From: an uncultured delta proteobacterium
GTDB taxonomy: Bacteria > Myxococcota_A > Polyangia > Polyangiales > Polyangiaceae
DNA: 64,000 nt
NCBI GenBank assembly: GCA_963782055.1
Contig: CAWAIF010000003.1
Location: forward strand, 2,592,001-2,656,000
Direction: 5' to 3'
The translations under genes were made by a program, and so were the position numbers. Below, piece by piece: positions 1-9,377 of this stretch (within the stretch, counting starts at the first letter, position 1; the number at the start of each line of letters is the position of its first letter). The notes under the pieces were generated by a model that saw only the letters and a list, made by a program, of their open reading frames with translations, was not told where the DNA came from and made no database searches.

Positions 1-140
1 CGCACGAAGTGCTCCCTCGGGACCGCCACGAAGGCGTCGAGGTGGCTGCGCTCGAAGGGGCCGAGGCGCTGGTCAATCTCCTGCGCCAGCCTGGCGCGAA
101 GCTCGACCTGCCACGGATCGTCAGAAGCTCGCCTGGCCAT
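1..140 (-). CDS. pcm: Protein-L-isoaspartate O-methyltransferase, N-terminal part (runs off the window)
   Basis: Manual translation from ATG at 140: MARRASDDPWQVELRARLAQEIDQRLGPFERSHLDAFVAVPREHFVR. VPREHFV is the Pcm N-terminal motif. Not in the ORF track. Confidence 0.65.
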   Translation of the reverse strand, partial: MARRASDDPWQVELRARLAQEIDQRLGPFERSHLDAFVAVPREHFV

Positions 141-876
141 TGGCGCAGAAGTCCTCCGGAGCCTGCGCGTAGTGGCCCTGGGCGAAGGCCTCGAGCGTCG
201 GCAGGTCAACGCAGGCGGCCGTGTACGTCCAACCCCAGGCGGACGCCGCCACGGGAGTGGGGATGAGCGGATCGGGCGTCAGGACGTAGCGGACGCGCAC
301 GCCCGCCTCCGGATCGCAGAGCGGGTCGTCAGGGATGGATTGCATCGCCGCGCGAAGCCCCGCGACGAGCGAGTCGCAGGTCATCGCCCCGGCGTCCCCG
401 CCGTCCTGCGCCGCGGCGTCTCCGGCGTCGCCGCCCTCCGGCGAGGCGTCGGGGGCGCCGGCGTCCAGCAGGTCGCAGTTGTAGAGCAGCACGACCGCGC
501 CGTGCTCCAGGTCGTGGACGTAGTAGCGCCGGTCCACCGGGGTGGCGTACTCCTGGAACGCGGCCCAGACGGGGTAGTGCGGGCCGCTGGAGGGCGGGTT
601 GGACCCGTACGTCACCGGCGTGCCGATCGGCACGTGCGGGCTGTCCTCGATCGTCGGCGACGCGATCGTCACGAGGCAGGACGCGTCGGGGTGCACCGGC
701 GCGTCGAGGCGGGCGTCGCCGCCGGCGGCGTCGTTGCGGGGCGGATGGACGTCGGCGTCCGATTGAAGATTGGGAGGCGAGGTCGTGCCGCCGCACGCGC
801 CGAACACCACGAGCGCCGGCGCGGCCGTCATCGCGGCGAAGAGAGCCGCCCGCGAGAGGTGAGCCGCCGGTCGCAC
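121..876 (-). CDS. DUF3105-domain lipoprotein
   Basis: NPPSSGPHYPVWA and VHDLEHGAVVLLYNC motifs; lipobox-like VFGAC; GTG at 876 is preceded by TACACT 7 nt upstream. Confidence 0.75.
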   Translation of the reverse strand: MRPAAHLSRAALFAAMTAAPALVVFGACGGTTSPPNLQSDADVHPPRNDAAGGDARLDAPVHPDASCLVTIASPTIEDSPHVPIGTPVTYGSNPPSSGPHYPVWAAFQEYATPVDRRYYVHDLEHGAVVLLYNCDLLDAGAPDASPEGGDAGDAAAQDGGDAGAMTCDSLVAGLRAAMQSIPDDPLCDPEAGVRVRYVLTPDPLIPTPVAASAWGWTYTAACVDLPTLEAFAQGHYAQAPEDFCANGQASF

Positions 877-1048
877 GCCGCGGAGTGTAGCGCAGGCGTC
901 GCCGCTGCCGAAGCGCGGAGGTGGCCCGCCGCCGCAAGGGGACGCGTCGGGTCCGCACGCGCTGCACGTCGCAGACGCGCGGCGGCGCGCTCGCGCCTCT
1001 TCCTCCGCGCCGGCACGCGCGATGCAGCCCCCTCGCCAGGAGGTCGTC

Positions 1049-1561
1049 ATGTCTCGTACGCTCGTCGTCTACTACTCCCGCACCGGCACGACGGCTCGGG
1101 TCGCGGCACAGCTCGCCGCCCTTCTCGACGCCGACATCGACGTCATCACCGAGCGCCGGTCGCGGCGCGGCCTGCGCGGGTTCTTGCGCAGCGGACTGGA
1201 GGCGAGCACACAGCGCGCTCCGGTCCTGGGCGCGCCGCTTCGCAACCCCTCGGACTACGACATGGTGGTGGTCGGCTCGCCCACGTGGGCCGCGTCGGTG
1301 TGCAGCCCGGTTCGGGCGTACCTGAAGGCCTACGGGCCGCGCGTGGGCGCGGCCGCGTTCTTCTCGACGTGCGGCGGCCGAGGCGGGGAGCGTGCCCTCG
1401 CGCAGATGGAGAAGCTGTGGCGGAAGAAGCCGGCGGCCACGCTCGCGCTGGTGCAGGCGCAGGTGGACGTGGGCGACTGCGAGGACGCCCTGCGGTCCTT
1501 CGCCGACCAGGTCGCCTCCGCCGCGGCGCCTCGCGTCTCCGGGATCCCCCGCGCGGCCTGA
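1049..1561 (+). CDS. Flavodoxin-like protein
   Basis: LVVYYSRTGTT FMN loop, VVGSPTW, FSTCGG; AGGAGG RBS at 1038-1043. Confidence 0.85.
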   Translation: MSRTLVVYYSRTGTTARVAAQLAALLDADIDVITERRSRRGLRGFLRSGLEASTQRAPVLGAPLRNPSDYDMVVVGSPTWAASVCSPVRAYLKAYGPRVGAAAFFSTCGGRGGERALAQMEKLWRKKPAATLALVQAQVDVGDCEDALRSFADQVASAAAPRVSGIPRAA

Positions 1562-1566
1562 GCCGT

Positions 1567-2499
1567 TCAGCCTTCCGGTTCGTGCCTGGCGTGCTGCCCG
1601 GGTGGCGCCGCCCTGGAGGCGGAGTCGCGGGTGCGCACGCCCTCCAGCTGCGCGTTGACCTCCGCGCCGAGCAGCACGGCCAGGCTGGTGAGGTACAGCC
1701 ACACGAGCAGCGTCGCGATCGCCGCCGCGCTGCCGTAAAAGAGCGCGTAGTGCCCGAGCGTCAGGGCGTACCGGCCGAAGGCCCACGAGACCACGAGCGT
1801 CGAGAGCACGGCCGTGAACGCGCCCGGCCACGCGCGGCGCACGACCCCGATGGGGTGCACGACGGCGAAGCGGTAGAGCAACGCCAGGCCCGCGGTGACC
1901 ACCGCGCCCAGCACGGTGAGCAGGCCCCAGCGCTCCCACACCGGGCGAGCGACGTGGAGACGCTCGGTGATGTCGCCCGGGAAGAGCCACCCGTCTATCG
2001 CCAGGCAGGCCCATAGTGTCAGGACCAGCGCGACCATCATCCCCAGCACCCAGCCGAGGGCGATGGCGCGTCGCGCCCACCAGGAGCGCCGCCTGGTGCC
2101 GAGCGCGAGCTCGAAGGTGCTGACGAGGCTCGCGGCGCCTGTGGACGCCAGGTAGAGGAAGCCTGCGATCGAGAGCGGCGCGACGGTGGCCGAGGTGCCG
2201 GCCAGCCGATCCAGCTCGTCGCGCACGATGTCGTGGGCGAACGGGGCGAGCTGCGAGAGCGGCCCGAGGAACGCCGACACCCCCTGCGCGCGCACGAAGT
2301 GGCCCAGCAGTGCGCCCATCATCACGAGCAGGGGGATGAAGCTCAGGAAGAAGTTGAAGGCCATGGCAGAGGCGGCCAGAAAGGCCGAGTGGTCGGAGAG
2401 CCCCTCCGCCAGGCGCAGCACGAACCCCAGCCTGGGGAGCTGCACCGCGGCGCGCCACCGCGTACGGACGAGCTCCCTCAGGCGTGCGGCCGCGACCAT
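1567..2499 (-). CDS. YihY/BrkB family membrane protein
   Basis: AASAMAFNFFLSFIPLL, YALFYGS and LLVWLYLTSLAVLLGAEVN motifs; several TM segments. Confidence 0.85.
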   Translation of the reverse strand: MVAAARLRELVRTRWRAAVQLPRLGFVLRLAEGLSDHSAFLAASAMAFNFFLSFIPLLVMMGALLGHFVRAQGVSAFLGPLSQLAPFAHDIVRDELDRLAGTSATVAPLSIAGFLYLASTGAASLVSTFELALGTRRRSWWARRAIALGWVLGMMVALVLTLWACLAIDGWLFPGDITERLHVARPVWERWGLLTVLGAVVTAGLALLYRFAVVHPIGVVRRAWPGAFTAVLSTLVVSWAFGRYALTLGHYALFYGSAAAIATLLVWLYLTSLAVLLGAEVNAQLEGVRTRDSASRAAPPGQHARHEPEG

Positions 2500-2687
2500 C
2501 GCCAGAGGTCACCACGCGTGTCGCGCGGCGTCAAAGATGCCGAGCCAGGGAGCGCGGGACCTGCGCGTGGGGCGCGTGGAGGTGCACCTCCCACAAAAGA
2601 TCGCGCACCGCGTGCGCTCCCACGCAACTTCCGTCAGAGTGATCGGAGCGGCACGAGCGCAGATGCCGCGACGCCGCAGCAACCTCG

Positions 2688-3563
2688 ATGCCCGTATCGC
2701 GCACTACCCTCGCCGCCACCATCCTCGCCTCGTCCACGCTCTTCGCGTGCGGGCACGCGCCGCCGCCTCCGGCGACCGCGCAGGCCGTCCGCACCGCCAC
2801 ACGAAGCGTGCTCGCCGTGGCCACCCGGCACGACGACGGCAGCATGTCGCTGTGCAGCGGGACGCTGGTCGCCTCCAACCTGGTGCTCACCGCGCGGCAC
2901 TGCGTGTCCAACGCCTTCACCGCCACCCCGGCGTGCGACGCCCACGGCGCCTCGCACAACGGCGTCCACTTCGGCGCCGACGCGGACCCGGCGGACGTGG
3001 GCCTCTACGCAGGCCCGCACGTGGACGTGGGCGAGGACGCGCCGCTCGCCTTCGCGGCCAAGCTCATTCACCCGAGCACCACCATCCTCTGCGACGCCGA
3101 TGTCGCCTTCATCGTGCTCGACCGCCCCCTGCACAACGTGACCGTGCTGCCGATGCGACTGGAGCGCAGCATCGCGGAGGGCGAGTACGTGGTGCCCATC
3201 GGCTTCGGCGGCGGCACGACGGGGGACATCGGCACGCGGGTGGAGCGCGCGCCCAGCCAGGTGCTCGCGGTGGGCCCCGGCCGGGACGGCTCCACCGGCG
3301 CGGTGCTGGGCCCGCGCGAGTTCGAGGTGAACGAGCCGACGTGCAAGGGCGACTCCGGCGGCCCGGCGCTGGACGTCGCGACGGGCGAGGTGGTCGGCGT
3401 CGTCTCGCGCGGGCGGAGCTGCTGGACGGAGGGCAACCACGTCTACACCCGCGTGGACGCCTACGCGCGCCTGGCCAGGCAGGCCCTGCGGGCCGCGCGC
3501 GAGGAAGCGCAGGTCAAGGTCGCGTCGCGCACGACGTTCTACTCCGCGACCGCCTCCCCCTGA
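2688..3563 (+). CDS. S1 (trypsin-like) serine protease lipoprotein
   Basis: LFAC lipobox; CSGTLV, LTARHC (His), DVA (Asp), CKGDSGGP (Ser). Confidence 0.9.
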   Translation: MPVSRTTLAATILASSTLFACGHAPPPPATAQAVRTATRSVLAVATRHDDGSMSLCSGTLVASNLVLTARHCVSNAFTATPACDAHGASHNGVHFGADADPADVGLYAGPHVDVGEDAPLAFAAKLIHPSTTILCDADVAFIVLDRPLHNVTVLPMRLERSIAEGEYVVPIGFGGGTTGDIGTRVERAPSQVLAVGPGRDGSTGAVLGPREFEVNEPTCKGDSGGPALDVATGEVVGVVSRGRSCWTEGNHVYTRVDAYARLARQALRAAREEAQVKVASRTTFYSATASP

Positions 3564-3584
3564 CCGCGGGCCGCGGAGGGCGCC

Positions 3585-4484
3585 TCACTTCTTCCCGGGC
3601 AAGGCGAGCCCGAGCTCCTTCATGACCTGCTGCAGGTCCTCCCACGCCTCCCGCTTGGCCTGCTGCTGCTGGGGGCTCGCCCGGAGCAGGTAGGACGGGT
3701 GGTAGGTGGGCATCAGCAGGGTCTTGCCGCGGAACAGCTTCCACTGCCCGCGCATCTTGGTGATGCCCATGCTGGTGCCGAGCAGGGAGCCGACGGCGGT
3801 GTTGCCCAGCGCGACGATCACCTTCGGCTGCACGTTGGCGAGCTGCTCGTGCAGGTACGGGATGCAGGTGCTCGTCTCCTCCGGCGTGGGGCGGCGGTTG
3901 CCAGGCGGCCGGCACTTGATGATGTTGCAGACGTAGACGTCCTTGTCTGGCGAGAGGCCCATCGCCTGGATCATCTTGTCCAGGAGCTGGCCGGCCCTGC
4001 CGACGAAGGGCACCCCCTGCGCGTCCTCGTCGGCGCCCGGCGCCTCGCCGATGAAGCAGAGCTTCGCCTCCGGGTTGCCGCGGGAGAAGACGGTGTTGGT
4101 GCGGGTCTTGGCGAGACCGCACCGGGTGCAGGAGGCGACGGCCTCGCGCAGCACGTCCAGCGAGCGCGGGGGCGGCGCGGGCGCGGCGGGCGCGATCGGG
4201 GCGGCGGCGCGCGCGGGCGCGGCCTCCGGAAACATCTCGGGGAGCACGACCGGCGCGGCCTGCGCGGCCAGCGCGGCGGGCGGGGGCGGAGCCGCGGGCG
4301 CGGGGGCCGTGACCGCAGCGGGGGCGTGGACAGCCGGGGCCGGGCCGGCCTCGCGAGGCGCCTTCGCCCGCCGAGCGCCGCGCGGAATCCCGGTGGAGCC
4401 GGAGTCCTGTTGCACCTCCAGGTACGCCCGCAGCGACGCGGCGATTCCTGCGAGCTCCTGGCGTGCGTCACTCACGTCGACCAT
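3585..4484 (-). CDS. udg: Uracil-DNA glycosylase family 4 (Fe-S)
   Basis: CTRCGL, GEAPGADED, FVGRAG, NIIKCRPPGNR, TYHPSYL; Pro/Ala-rich N-terminal linker. Confidence 0.92.
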   Translation of the reverse strand: MVDVSDARQELAGIAASLRAYLEVQQDSGSTGIPRGARRAKAPREAGPAPAVHAPAAVTAPAPAAPPPPAALAAQAAPVVLPEMFPEAAPARAAAPIAPAAPAPPPRSLDVLREAVASCTRCGLAKTRTNTVFSRGNPEAKLCFIGEAPGADEDAQGVPFVGRAGQLLDKMIQAMGLSPDKDVYVCNIIKCRPPGNRRPTPEETSTCIPYLHEQLANVQPKVIVALGNTAVGSLLGTSMGITKMRGQWKLFRGKTLLMPTYHPSYLLRASPQQQQAKREAWEDLQQVMKELGLALPGKK

Positions 4485-4520
4485 GGCAACGTCTTAGGCG
4501 CGCCGCGCCGCCCCCGCAAC

Positions 4521-4585
4521 GCCCCCTCTTCCCCCCTCTCCCCTCGTAGGGAGAGAAGGCCGGGGGGGTGGGTGAGGGGGTGAGG
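4521..4585. repeat. REP-like palindromic element, copy A
   Basis: CTCTCCC-ctcgta-GGGAGAG hairpin (4536-4555) plus G-run/GGTGAGG tail, adjacent to the gpx stop codon. Confidence 0.6.
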
Positions 4586-5275
4586 TCACTTCGCGAGGGC
4601 GGCCTCGATGTCGCCGGTCACCTGGGCCGAGTCCGGCTGGACGGGAGAGTCGTAGCGGGCGATGAGCTCGCCGTCGCGGCCCAGCAGGAACTTGTTGAAG
4701 TTCCACGTGATGTCCCCCGCGCCGCCCGGCTGCGCCTTGAGCCAGGTGTAGATGGGGTTCTCGTCCGGCGCGTTCACGTCGCTCTTGGTGAACATCGGAA
4801 AGGTGATGCCGTACTGCTGGGTGCAGAAGGTGCTGATGTCCTGATCGCTCCCGGGCTCCTGCCCGCCGAACTGGTTGCACGGGAAGCCCAGGATGGTGAA
4901 GCCCTGCGAAGCGTACTTCTCGTAGACGGCCTCCAGCGGCGTGTACTCGGGGGTGTAGCCGCACTTGGACGCCACGTTGACCACCAGGATGACGTCGCCA
5001 CGGAACTCGCACATCGAGACCACGCGGCTCTGCCCGAGGTCGGGCGAGGAGAGCTCGAAGAAGCTCCCCGGCGCGGCCGCCGGATCGCACGTGAACGCGG
5101 CGTCCGGCGCGCCGGCGTCGTAGCCGGGGTTGGAGGCGGCCGCGTCCTTGGTCTGCGCCGCGCCGGCGTCGTCACCGGCGGGCGGCGCTCCCCCCGGGTC
5201 GGGCGGCGTCGAGGAGGAACACGCGCTGGCGAGCGCGAGCAGGGAGCAGAGGGCGAGCGCGGAGACGAGCTTCAT
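4586..5275 (-). CDS. Glutathione peroxidase family protein (Cys type) with lipoprotein signal
   Basis: NVASKCG, GFPCNQFGGQEPG, WNFNKFL; N-terminal LALASAC lipobox. Confidence 0.92.
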   Translation of the reverse strand: MKLVSALALCSLLALASACSSSTPPDPGGAPPAGDDAGAAQTKDAAASNPGYDAGAPDAAFTCDPAAAPGSFFELSSPDLGQSRVVSMCEFRGDVILVVNVASKCGYTPEYTPLEAVYEKYASQGFTILGFPCNQFGGQEPGSDQDISTFCTQQYGITFPMFTKSDVNAPDENPIYTWLKAQPGGAGDITWNFNKFLLGRDGELIARYDSPVQPDSAQVTGDIEAALAK

Positions 5276-5348
5276 GACGGCACCTGCGTCCATCCTACGC
5301 CTCAGCCGCACCTCGCACAAACCCCGCAGGCCCACGGCCGCGTCACTC

Positions 5349-5394
5349 GCCCCCTCTCCCTCTCAGGGAGAGGGGGCTGGGGGGGGGGTGAGGC
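5349..5394. repeat. REP-like palindromic element, copy B
   Basis: Perfect 12-bp stem GCCCCCTCTCCC-tctca-GGGAGAGGGGGC (5349-5377) plus G-run/GGTGAGG, adjacent to the ALDH stop codon. Confidence 0.65.
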
Positions 5395-6849
5395 TCACTT
5401 CCCGACGAGGAAGCGCATCGCGAAGTCGATCGCCTTGCCGTACGGCGGGCGGAGCAGGCCCGCGCTGTTGAGGCGCGCCTGGTAGAAGACGGGCTTCTTC
5501 TTGGTGAAGGTGTCGAAGCCCTCCCGCCCGTGGTACGCGCCCATCCCGCTCGGCCCGACGCCGCCGAAGGGCAGGTCGTCCTGGGCGAAGTGGAGCAGGC
5601 ACTCGTTGACCGAGACCCCGCCCGCGGTGGTGCTCTCCAGCACCCTGTCCACCGCGCCGTCGTCGTGGCTGAAGACGTACAGGGCGAGCGGGCGCGGGTG
5701 GTCGTTGACGTAGTCCAGCGCCTCTTCCAGCGAGGCGTAGCCCTTCACCGGCAGGACCGGCCCGAAGATCTCGTCCTCCATCACGGAGAGATCGTCGCCG
5801 GGGTCGATCACCAGGGTGGGGGCCATCTTGCGCGACTCGGCCGAGAGCTCCTCCTTCGCCGGGTTGAGCTCCACCACCTTCGCGCCCTTCTCCTTCGCCT
5901 CCTCCACGTAGTGCTTCAGCCTGTCGTAGTGGCGGGTGTTGACGATGCTCGTGTAGTCCGGGTTCTTCTCCAGCGTGGGCAGCATCTTGGCGAGGGCGGT
6001 CCGGCACTCCTCGACGAAGCGGTCCACCTGCTTCTTCGGCACGAGCACGTAGTCCGGCGCGATGCACGTCTGCCCGGCGTTGAAGATCTTGCCGTGCATG
6101 ATGCGCGTGGCCGCGACGTCCATCGGGAAGTCCTCGGCCACGATGGCCGGCGACTTGCCGCCGAGCTCCAGCGTGACGGGCACCAGGTTCTCCGCCGCCG
6201 CGCGCATCACCGCCTTGCCGACGCGAGTCGAGCCGGTGAAGAGGAGGTGGTCGAAGGGGAGGCTGGAGAAGGCGGCGCCCACGTCCGCGCCGCCCGTCAC
6301 CACCACGACCTCGTCGTCACCGAAGGTCTTGTTCACCAGCTTCGCCATGACCTCGGCCGTCTTCGGCGTGAGCTCGCTCGGCTTGATCATGGCGCGGTTG
6401 CCCGCGGCGAGCGCCCCGGCGAGCGGGGAGAGGGCGAGCTGCATCGGGTAGTTCCACGGGGAGATGATCCCGACGACGCCGAGCGGCTGCGGGATGAGCT
6501 CCGCGTGGGCGGGGGCGAAGAGCCAGCTCACCGGCCGTGGCTCGGTCTCCATCCACTCGTGCAGGTGGGCGATGCAGTGCTTGACCGCCGCCACCGTCAT
6601 GAAGATCTCGGCGGAGAGGGTCTCGTGCTTCGACCGGTTGCCGAAGTCCTCCGAGATGGCCTTGACGAAGTCTTCCTTGTGCTCGAGCACCGCGCGCTCG
6701 AGCTTCTCCAGACGCTCGATGCGCTTCTCGTAGCTGGGGGCGCCGCCCTTGCGCTGGGCGGCCTTCATCCGGGCGAGGATGCCCTCCAAATCCTCGGCGC
6801 GGGTGTGCTCGGGCTCGGCTTGCTCGGTGACGGCGGCTGCGGTGACCAT
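5395..6849 (-). CDS. Aldehyde dehydrogenase (coniferyl aldehyde dehydrogenase/ALDH3-like)
   Basis: PWNYP, KPSE, FTGST, LELGGKSP, NAGQTCIAPDY, EIFGP, PFGGVGPSGMG. Confidence 0.92.
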   Translation of the reverse strand: MVTAAAVTEQAEPEHTRAEDLEGILARMKAAQRKGGAPSYEKRIERLEKLERAVLEHKEDFVKAISEDFGNRSKHETLSAEIFMTVAAVKHCIAHLHEWMETEPRPVSWLFAPAHAELIPQPLGVVGIISPWNYPMQLALSPLAGALAAGNRAMIKPSELTPKTAEVMAKLVNKTFGDDEVVVVTGGADVGAAFSSLPFDHLLFTGSTRVGKAVMRAAAENLVPVTLELGGKSPAIVAEDFPMDVAATRIMHGKIFNAGQTCIAPDYVLVPKKQVDRFVEECRTALAKMLPTLEKNPDYTSIVNTRHYDRLKHYVEEAKEKGAKVVELNPAKEELSAESRKMAPTLVIDPGDDLSVMEDEIFGPVLPVKGYASLEEALDYVNDHPRPLALYVFSHDDGAVDRVLESTTAGGVSVNECLLHFAQDDLPFGGVGPSGMGAYHGREGFDTFTKKKPVFYQARLNSAGLLRPPYGKAIDFAMRFLVGK

Positions 6850-6902
6850 GGCCGGAGCATAGCGACCGGGCCGGGGAGCGTCGACCGCACCAGGGTCGAT
6901 TT

Positions 6903-7322
6903 TCAGGGCTCGCCCAGGACCGTCACGGTGAGGGTGCGCCGGTGCGGGGCGCGGCGGTGCTCCCACAGGTAGATGGCCTGCCAGGTCCCCAGGGCCAGCC
7001 CGCCGCCCGTCACCGGGACCGTCTCGCCGGTGCGCGTGACCGTCGCCCGCAGGTGGGCGGGCATGTCGTCGGCGCCCTCGGCGTCGTGCTCGTAGCTCGC
7101 CTCCTCCGGCGCCAGCTTGCTCATCCAGCGATCCATGTCCCGCAGGACCGCGGGGTCGGCGTTCTCCTGGATGACGAGCGAGGCGCTGGTGTGCGCGCAG
7201 AAGACGTGACAGAGCCCGCGCGCCACCCCCGACTCCGCCACCGCGCGCCGCACCTGCTCGGTGACGTCGTGGAGGCGCTTGCCGCGCGTCTCCACGACGA
7301 AGGAGGTCTGAAAGGTTTGCAT
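6903..7322 (-). CDS. YjbQ family protein (secondary thiamine-phosphate synthase-like)
   Basis: HTSASLVIQENADP, HDAEGADDMPAH, LGTWQAIYLWEH. Confidence 0.9.
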   Translation of the reverse strand: MQTFQTSFVVETRGKRLHDVTEQVRRAVAESGVARGLCHVFCAHTSASLVIQENADPAVLRDMDRWMSKLAPEEASYEHDAEGADDMPAHLRATVTRTGETVPVTGGGLALGTWQAIYLWEHRRAPHRRTLTVTVLGEP

Positions 7323-8032
7323 CACGCAAATACCTCGCGGAGGAAGGCGCCCAGCCGCTCCACCACCGGCGGCGGGATCTCGTGACCGCCACGGAAGGAG
7401 AGGAAGGTGACGTCCAGTCCGGCCCGGGCGAGCTCGTCGTGCAGGCGCTCCGCGATGCCGAAGGGGAGCAGGGGATCCAGCGTGCCGTGGCTCTGGAGCA
7501 CGGGCAAGCCGCGGCGCGCGGGCATCCGGGGGATCCACTCCTTCTCGGCCAGCAGGGTGCCGGAGAGCACGACCAGCCCGGCGAGCGGGCGGGAGGTGTG
7601 CAGCGCGACGTCGGTGGAGAGCATGGCACCCTGCGAGAAGCCACCGAGCACCACGTGGCTCGGGTGCAGCCGAGCGTCGACCTCGTCGAGCATCGCGAGC
7701 ACCAGGGCGCGCGCCTCCGCCAGGCCCTCCGGCACGTCGCCGGTCAGATCACGCAGCTCGCCGGTCTGCATGGCGCGCTCCAGCCGGACCATGTCAATCA
7801 TCCACCACGCGCGCGAGTCCACGGGGCCCATCATCCCCAGGCTGAGCGGCGCGGCGGGGAAGACGAAGCGCGTCGTGCGCGGCACGTCGAGCACGCGGTG
7901 CAGGGAGACCAGATCCTCGCCAGGCGCGCCGAAGCCGTGGAGCAGCACCACCGCCGGGCCGTCCCCGCCGCCCTCCCGGTCCGGGCCGCCGGTCACCACG
8001 CACTCCAGGCCGCCGAGGGAGACGCTCTTCAT
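7322..8032 (-). CDS. Phospholipase/carboxylesterase (alpha/beta hydrolase)
   Basis: LLHGFGA, GGFSQG nucleophile, HGTLDPLL, GGHEI. Confidence 0.9.
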   Translation of the reverse strand: MKSVSLGGLECVVTGGPDREGGGDGPAVVLLHGFGAPGEDLVSLHRVLDVPRTTRFVFPAAPLSLGMMGPVDSRAWWMIDMVRLERAMQTGELRDLTGDVPEGLAEARALVLAMLDEVDARLHPSHVVLGGFSQGAMLSTDVALHTSRPLAGLVVLSGTLLAEKEWIPRMPARRGLPVLQSHGTLDPLLPFGIAERLHDELARAGLDVTFLSFRGGHEIPPPVVERLGAFLREVFA

Positions 8033-8406
8033 CCGCCGTCCAGTACTGCGCCGGTGCAGGCGCTCGCGCACCCGGCGCCGCCGCACGTGTCGCAGGTCTG
8101 CTCGCACGTCTGGCGGCACTTCGACAGGTCCTGAGCGCACTGGTTCTTGCAGCCCTGGTTCGCGCAGGCGTCGACGCACGACGTGTGGGTCGTGACGCAG
8201 TCCGCGCCGCAGGCCGTCGCCGCGTCCAGGCAGTCCCGCCGGACGCACACCCCCGCCTCGCCGTCGGAGACGGCGGCGTCGGTGTCGCCGCCGTCGGTGT
8301 CGGATACGCCGCCGTCGACGTCGTGGAAGTCGCCGATGCCGGTCAGCAGGTTGCAGGCCGCGCAGGTGACGACGAGGAGGGACGCGAGCGCGAGGGGAAG
8401 CCGCAT
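8029..8406 (-). CDS. Small Cys-rich lipoprotein
   Basis: CAAC lipobox, acidic D/G linker, 14 Cys in the C-terminal ~70 aa; start and stop overlap both neighbours. Confidence 0.75.
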   Translation of the reverse strand: MRLPLALASLLVVTCAACNLLTGIGDFHDVDGGVSDTDGGDTDAAVSDGEAGVCVRRDCLDAATACGADCVTTHTSCVDACANQGCKNQCAQDLSKCRQTCEQTCDTCGGAGCASACTGAVLDGG

Positions 8407-9377
8407 CAGAAGGAGCCCGAGAGCCCCAGGGTGCCCGGTCCGAGCCAGGGCTGCAACCGGACAGTCGCCTGCGCGGCGCGCTCGCGCTCCGGGACGCGGT
8501 GGGAGACCAGGAGCCCCACGATCCCGGCGACGAGGCCGGCGCCGCCGACCGCGAAGGCGATGGTGGAGATGGTGCCGAGCGCCTCCGACGCCTGGCGGTC
8601 ACCGTGCGCCGAGGGCGGGCAGAGGCCGTTGGGGCACTCGCCCTTCACCGTGTCGGCGGTGATGAACGCGGCCATGCCGGTGCCCGCGCCGACGAGCAGG
8701 CCCGCGCCCGCCACGCTGAAGCCGATGTAGACGAGCGGCCCGGGCACCAGGTGCCCCGTGCCCTCGCCGCGCACCGCCGGGTCGCGCTGGTCGAGCGTCA
8801 GGCTCACGGTGCGCTGCTCGCCGTCGCGCAGGTCCACCTCCGCGCGCCCCATCTTCCCCGCGGCGCGCGCCACCACCACGTGGTGTCCGGGGTCGAGCAT
8901 GCGCGGAGCGCCCGCGGCGGCGGGGGGGATGACCACGCCGTCGATGGTGAGCACCGGCGTCGCGGCGGGCGCCCCGCCGTACTCGACCTTGACGCTGGCG
9001 ATGCGCGCCCTGGCCTCCTCGGCCAGCCGGCCGGCCTCGTCTCGCGCCTGCTGCGCCTTGTCCGACTCGCCATCCTGGTGGGGCAGGTGGGAGGCGTCCA
9101 GGAGCGCCTCGCGTCCCTCCAGGATGTGCCCCATCCCGAGCAAGGTGCGACCCACCTCCAGCTCGGTGATGGGGGTGGGGACCAGGGCGAACGCCGCCTT
9201 GAAGTGGGTCAGCGCGCTGGGGAGGTCTCCCTTGGTGCGCAGGTCCAGCCCGCTCGAGAACTCCGCCTTCGCCGTCTCGACGTCGGCCGGGGTGGGGGGC
9301 GTGGCGCGGGCCGTGGAGGCGGCGAGGAGCAGCGCCGTGGCCATGATGAAGGCGTGGCGGCTACTGGATGACCACAT
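8406..9377 (-). CDS. Secreted TPR/PEGA-like protein with C-terminal Gly-rich hydrophobic segments
   Basis: Signal peptide, TPR-like AKAEFSSGLDLR..ALTHFKAAF, PEGA-like LTIDG..LDPGHHVVVAR, ends LGLSGSF; start uncertain. Confidence 0.75.
   Translation of the reverse strand: MWSSSSRHAFIMATALLLAASTARATPPTPADVETAKAEFSSGLDLRTKGDLPSALTHFKAAFALVPTPITELEVGRTLLGMGHILEGREALLDASHLPHQDGESDKAQQARDEAGRLAEEARARIASVKVEYGGAPAATPVLTIDGVVIPPAAAGAPRMLDPGHHVVVARAAGKMGRAEVDLRDGEQRTVSLTLDQRDPAVRGEGTGHLVPGPLVYIGFSVAGAGLLVGAGTGMAAFITADTVKGECPNGLCPPSAHGDRQASEALGTISTIAFAVGGAGLVAGIVGLLVSHRVPERERAAQATVRLQPWLGPGTLGLSGSF

Noticed and set aside
4586..5275. Selenocysteine GPx
   Set aside because: The active-site codon is TGC (Cys) and there is no in-frame TGA
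5395..7644. 749-aa ALDH fusion (likewise long N-extensions of 19162-22671, 56794-58527, 53797-55299, 35442-36839)
   Set aside because: Extensions are Arg/Pro-rich off-frame readings over other real genes; motifs begin at the downstream starts used here
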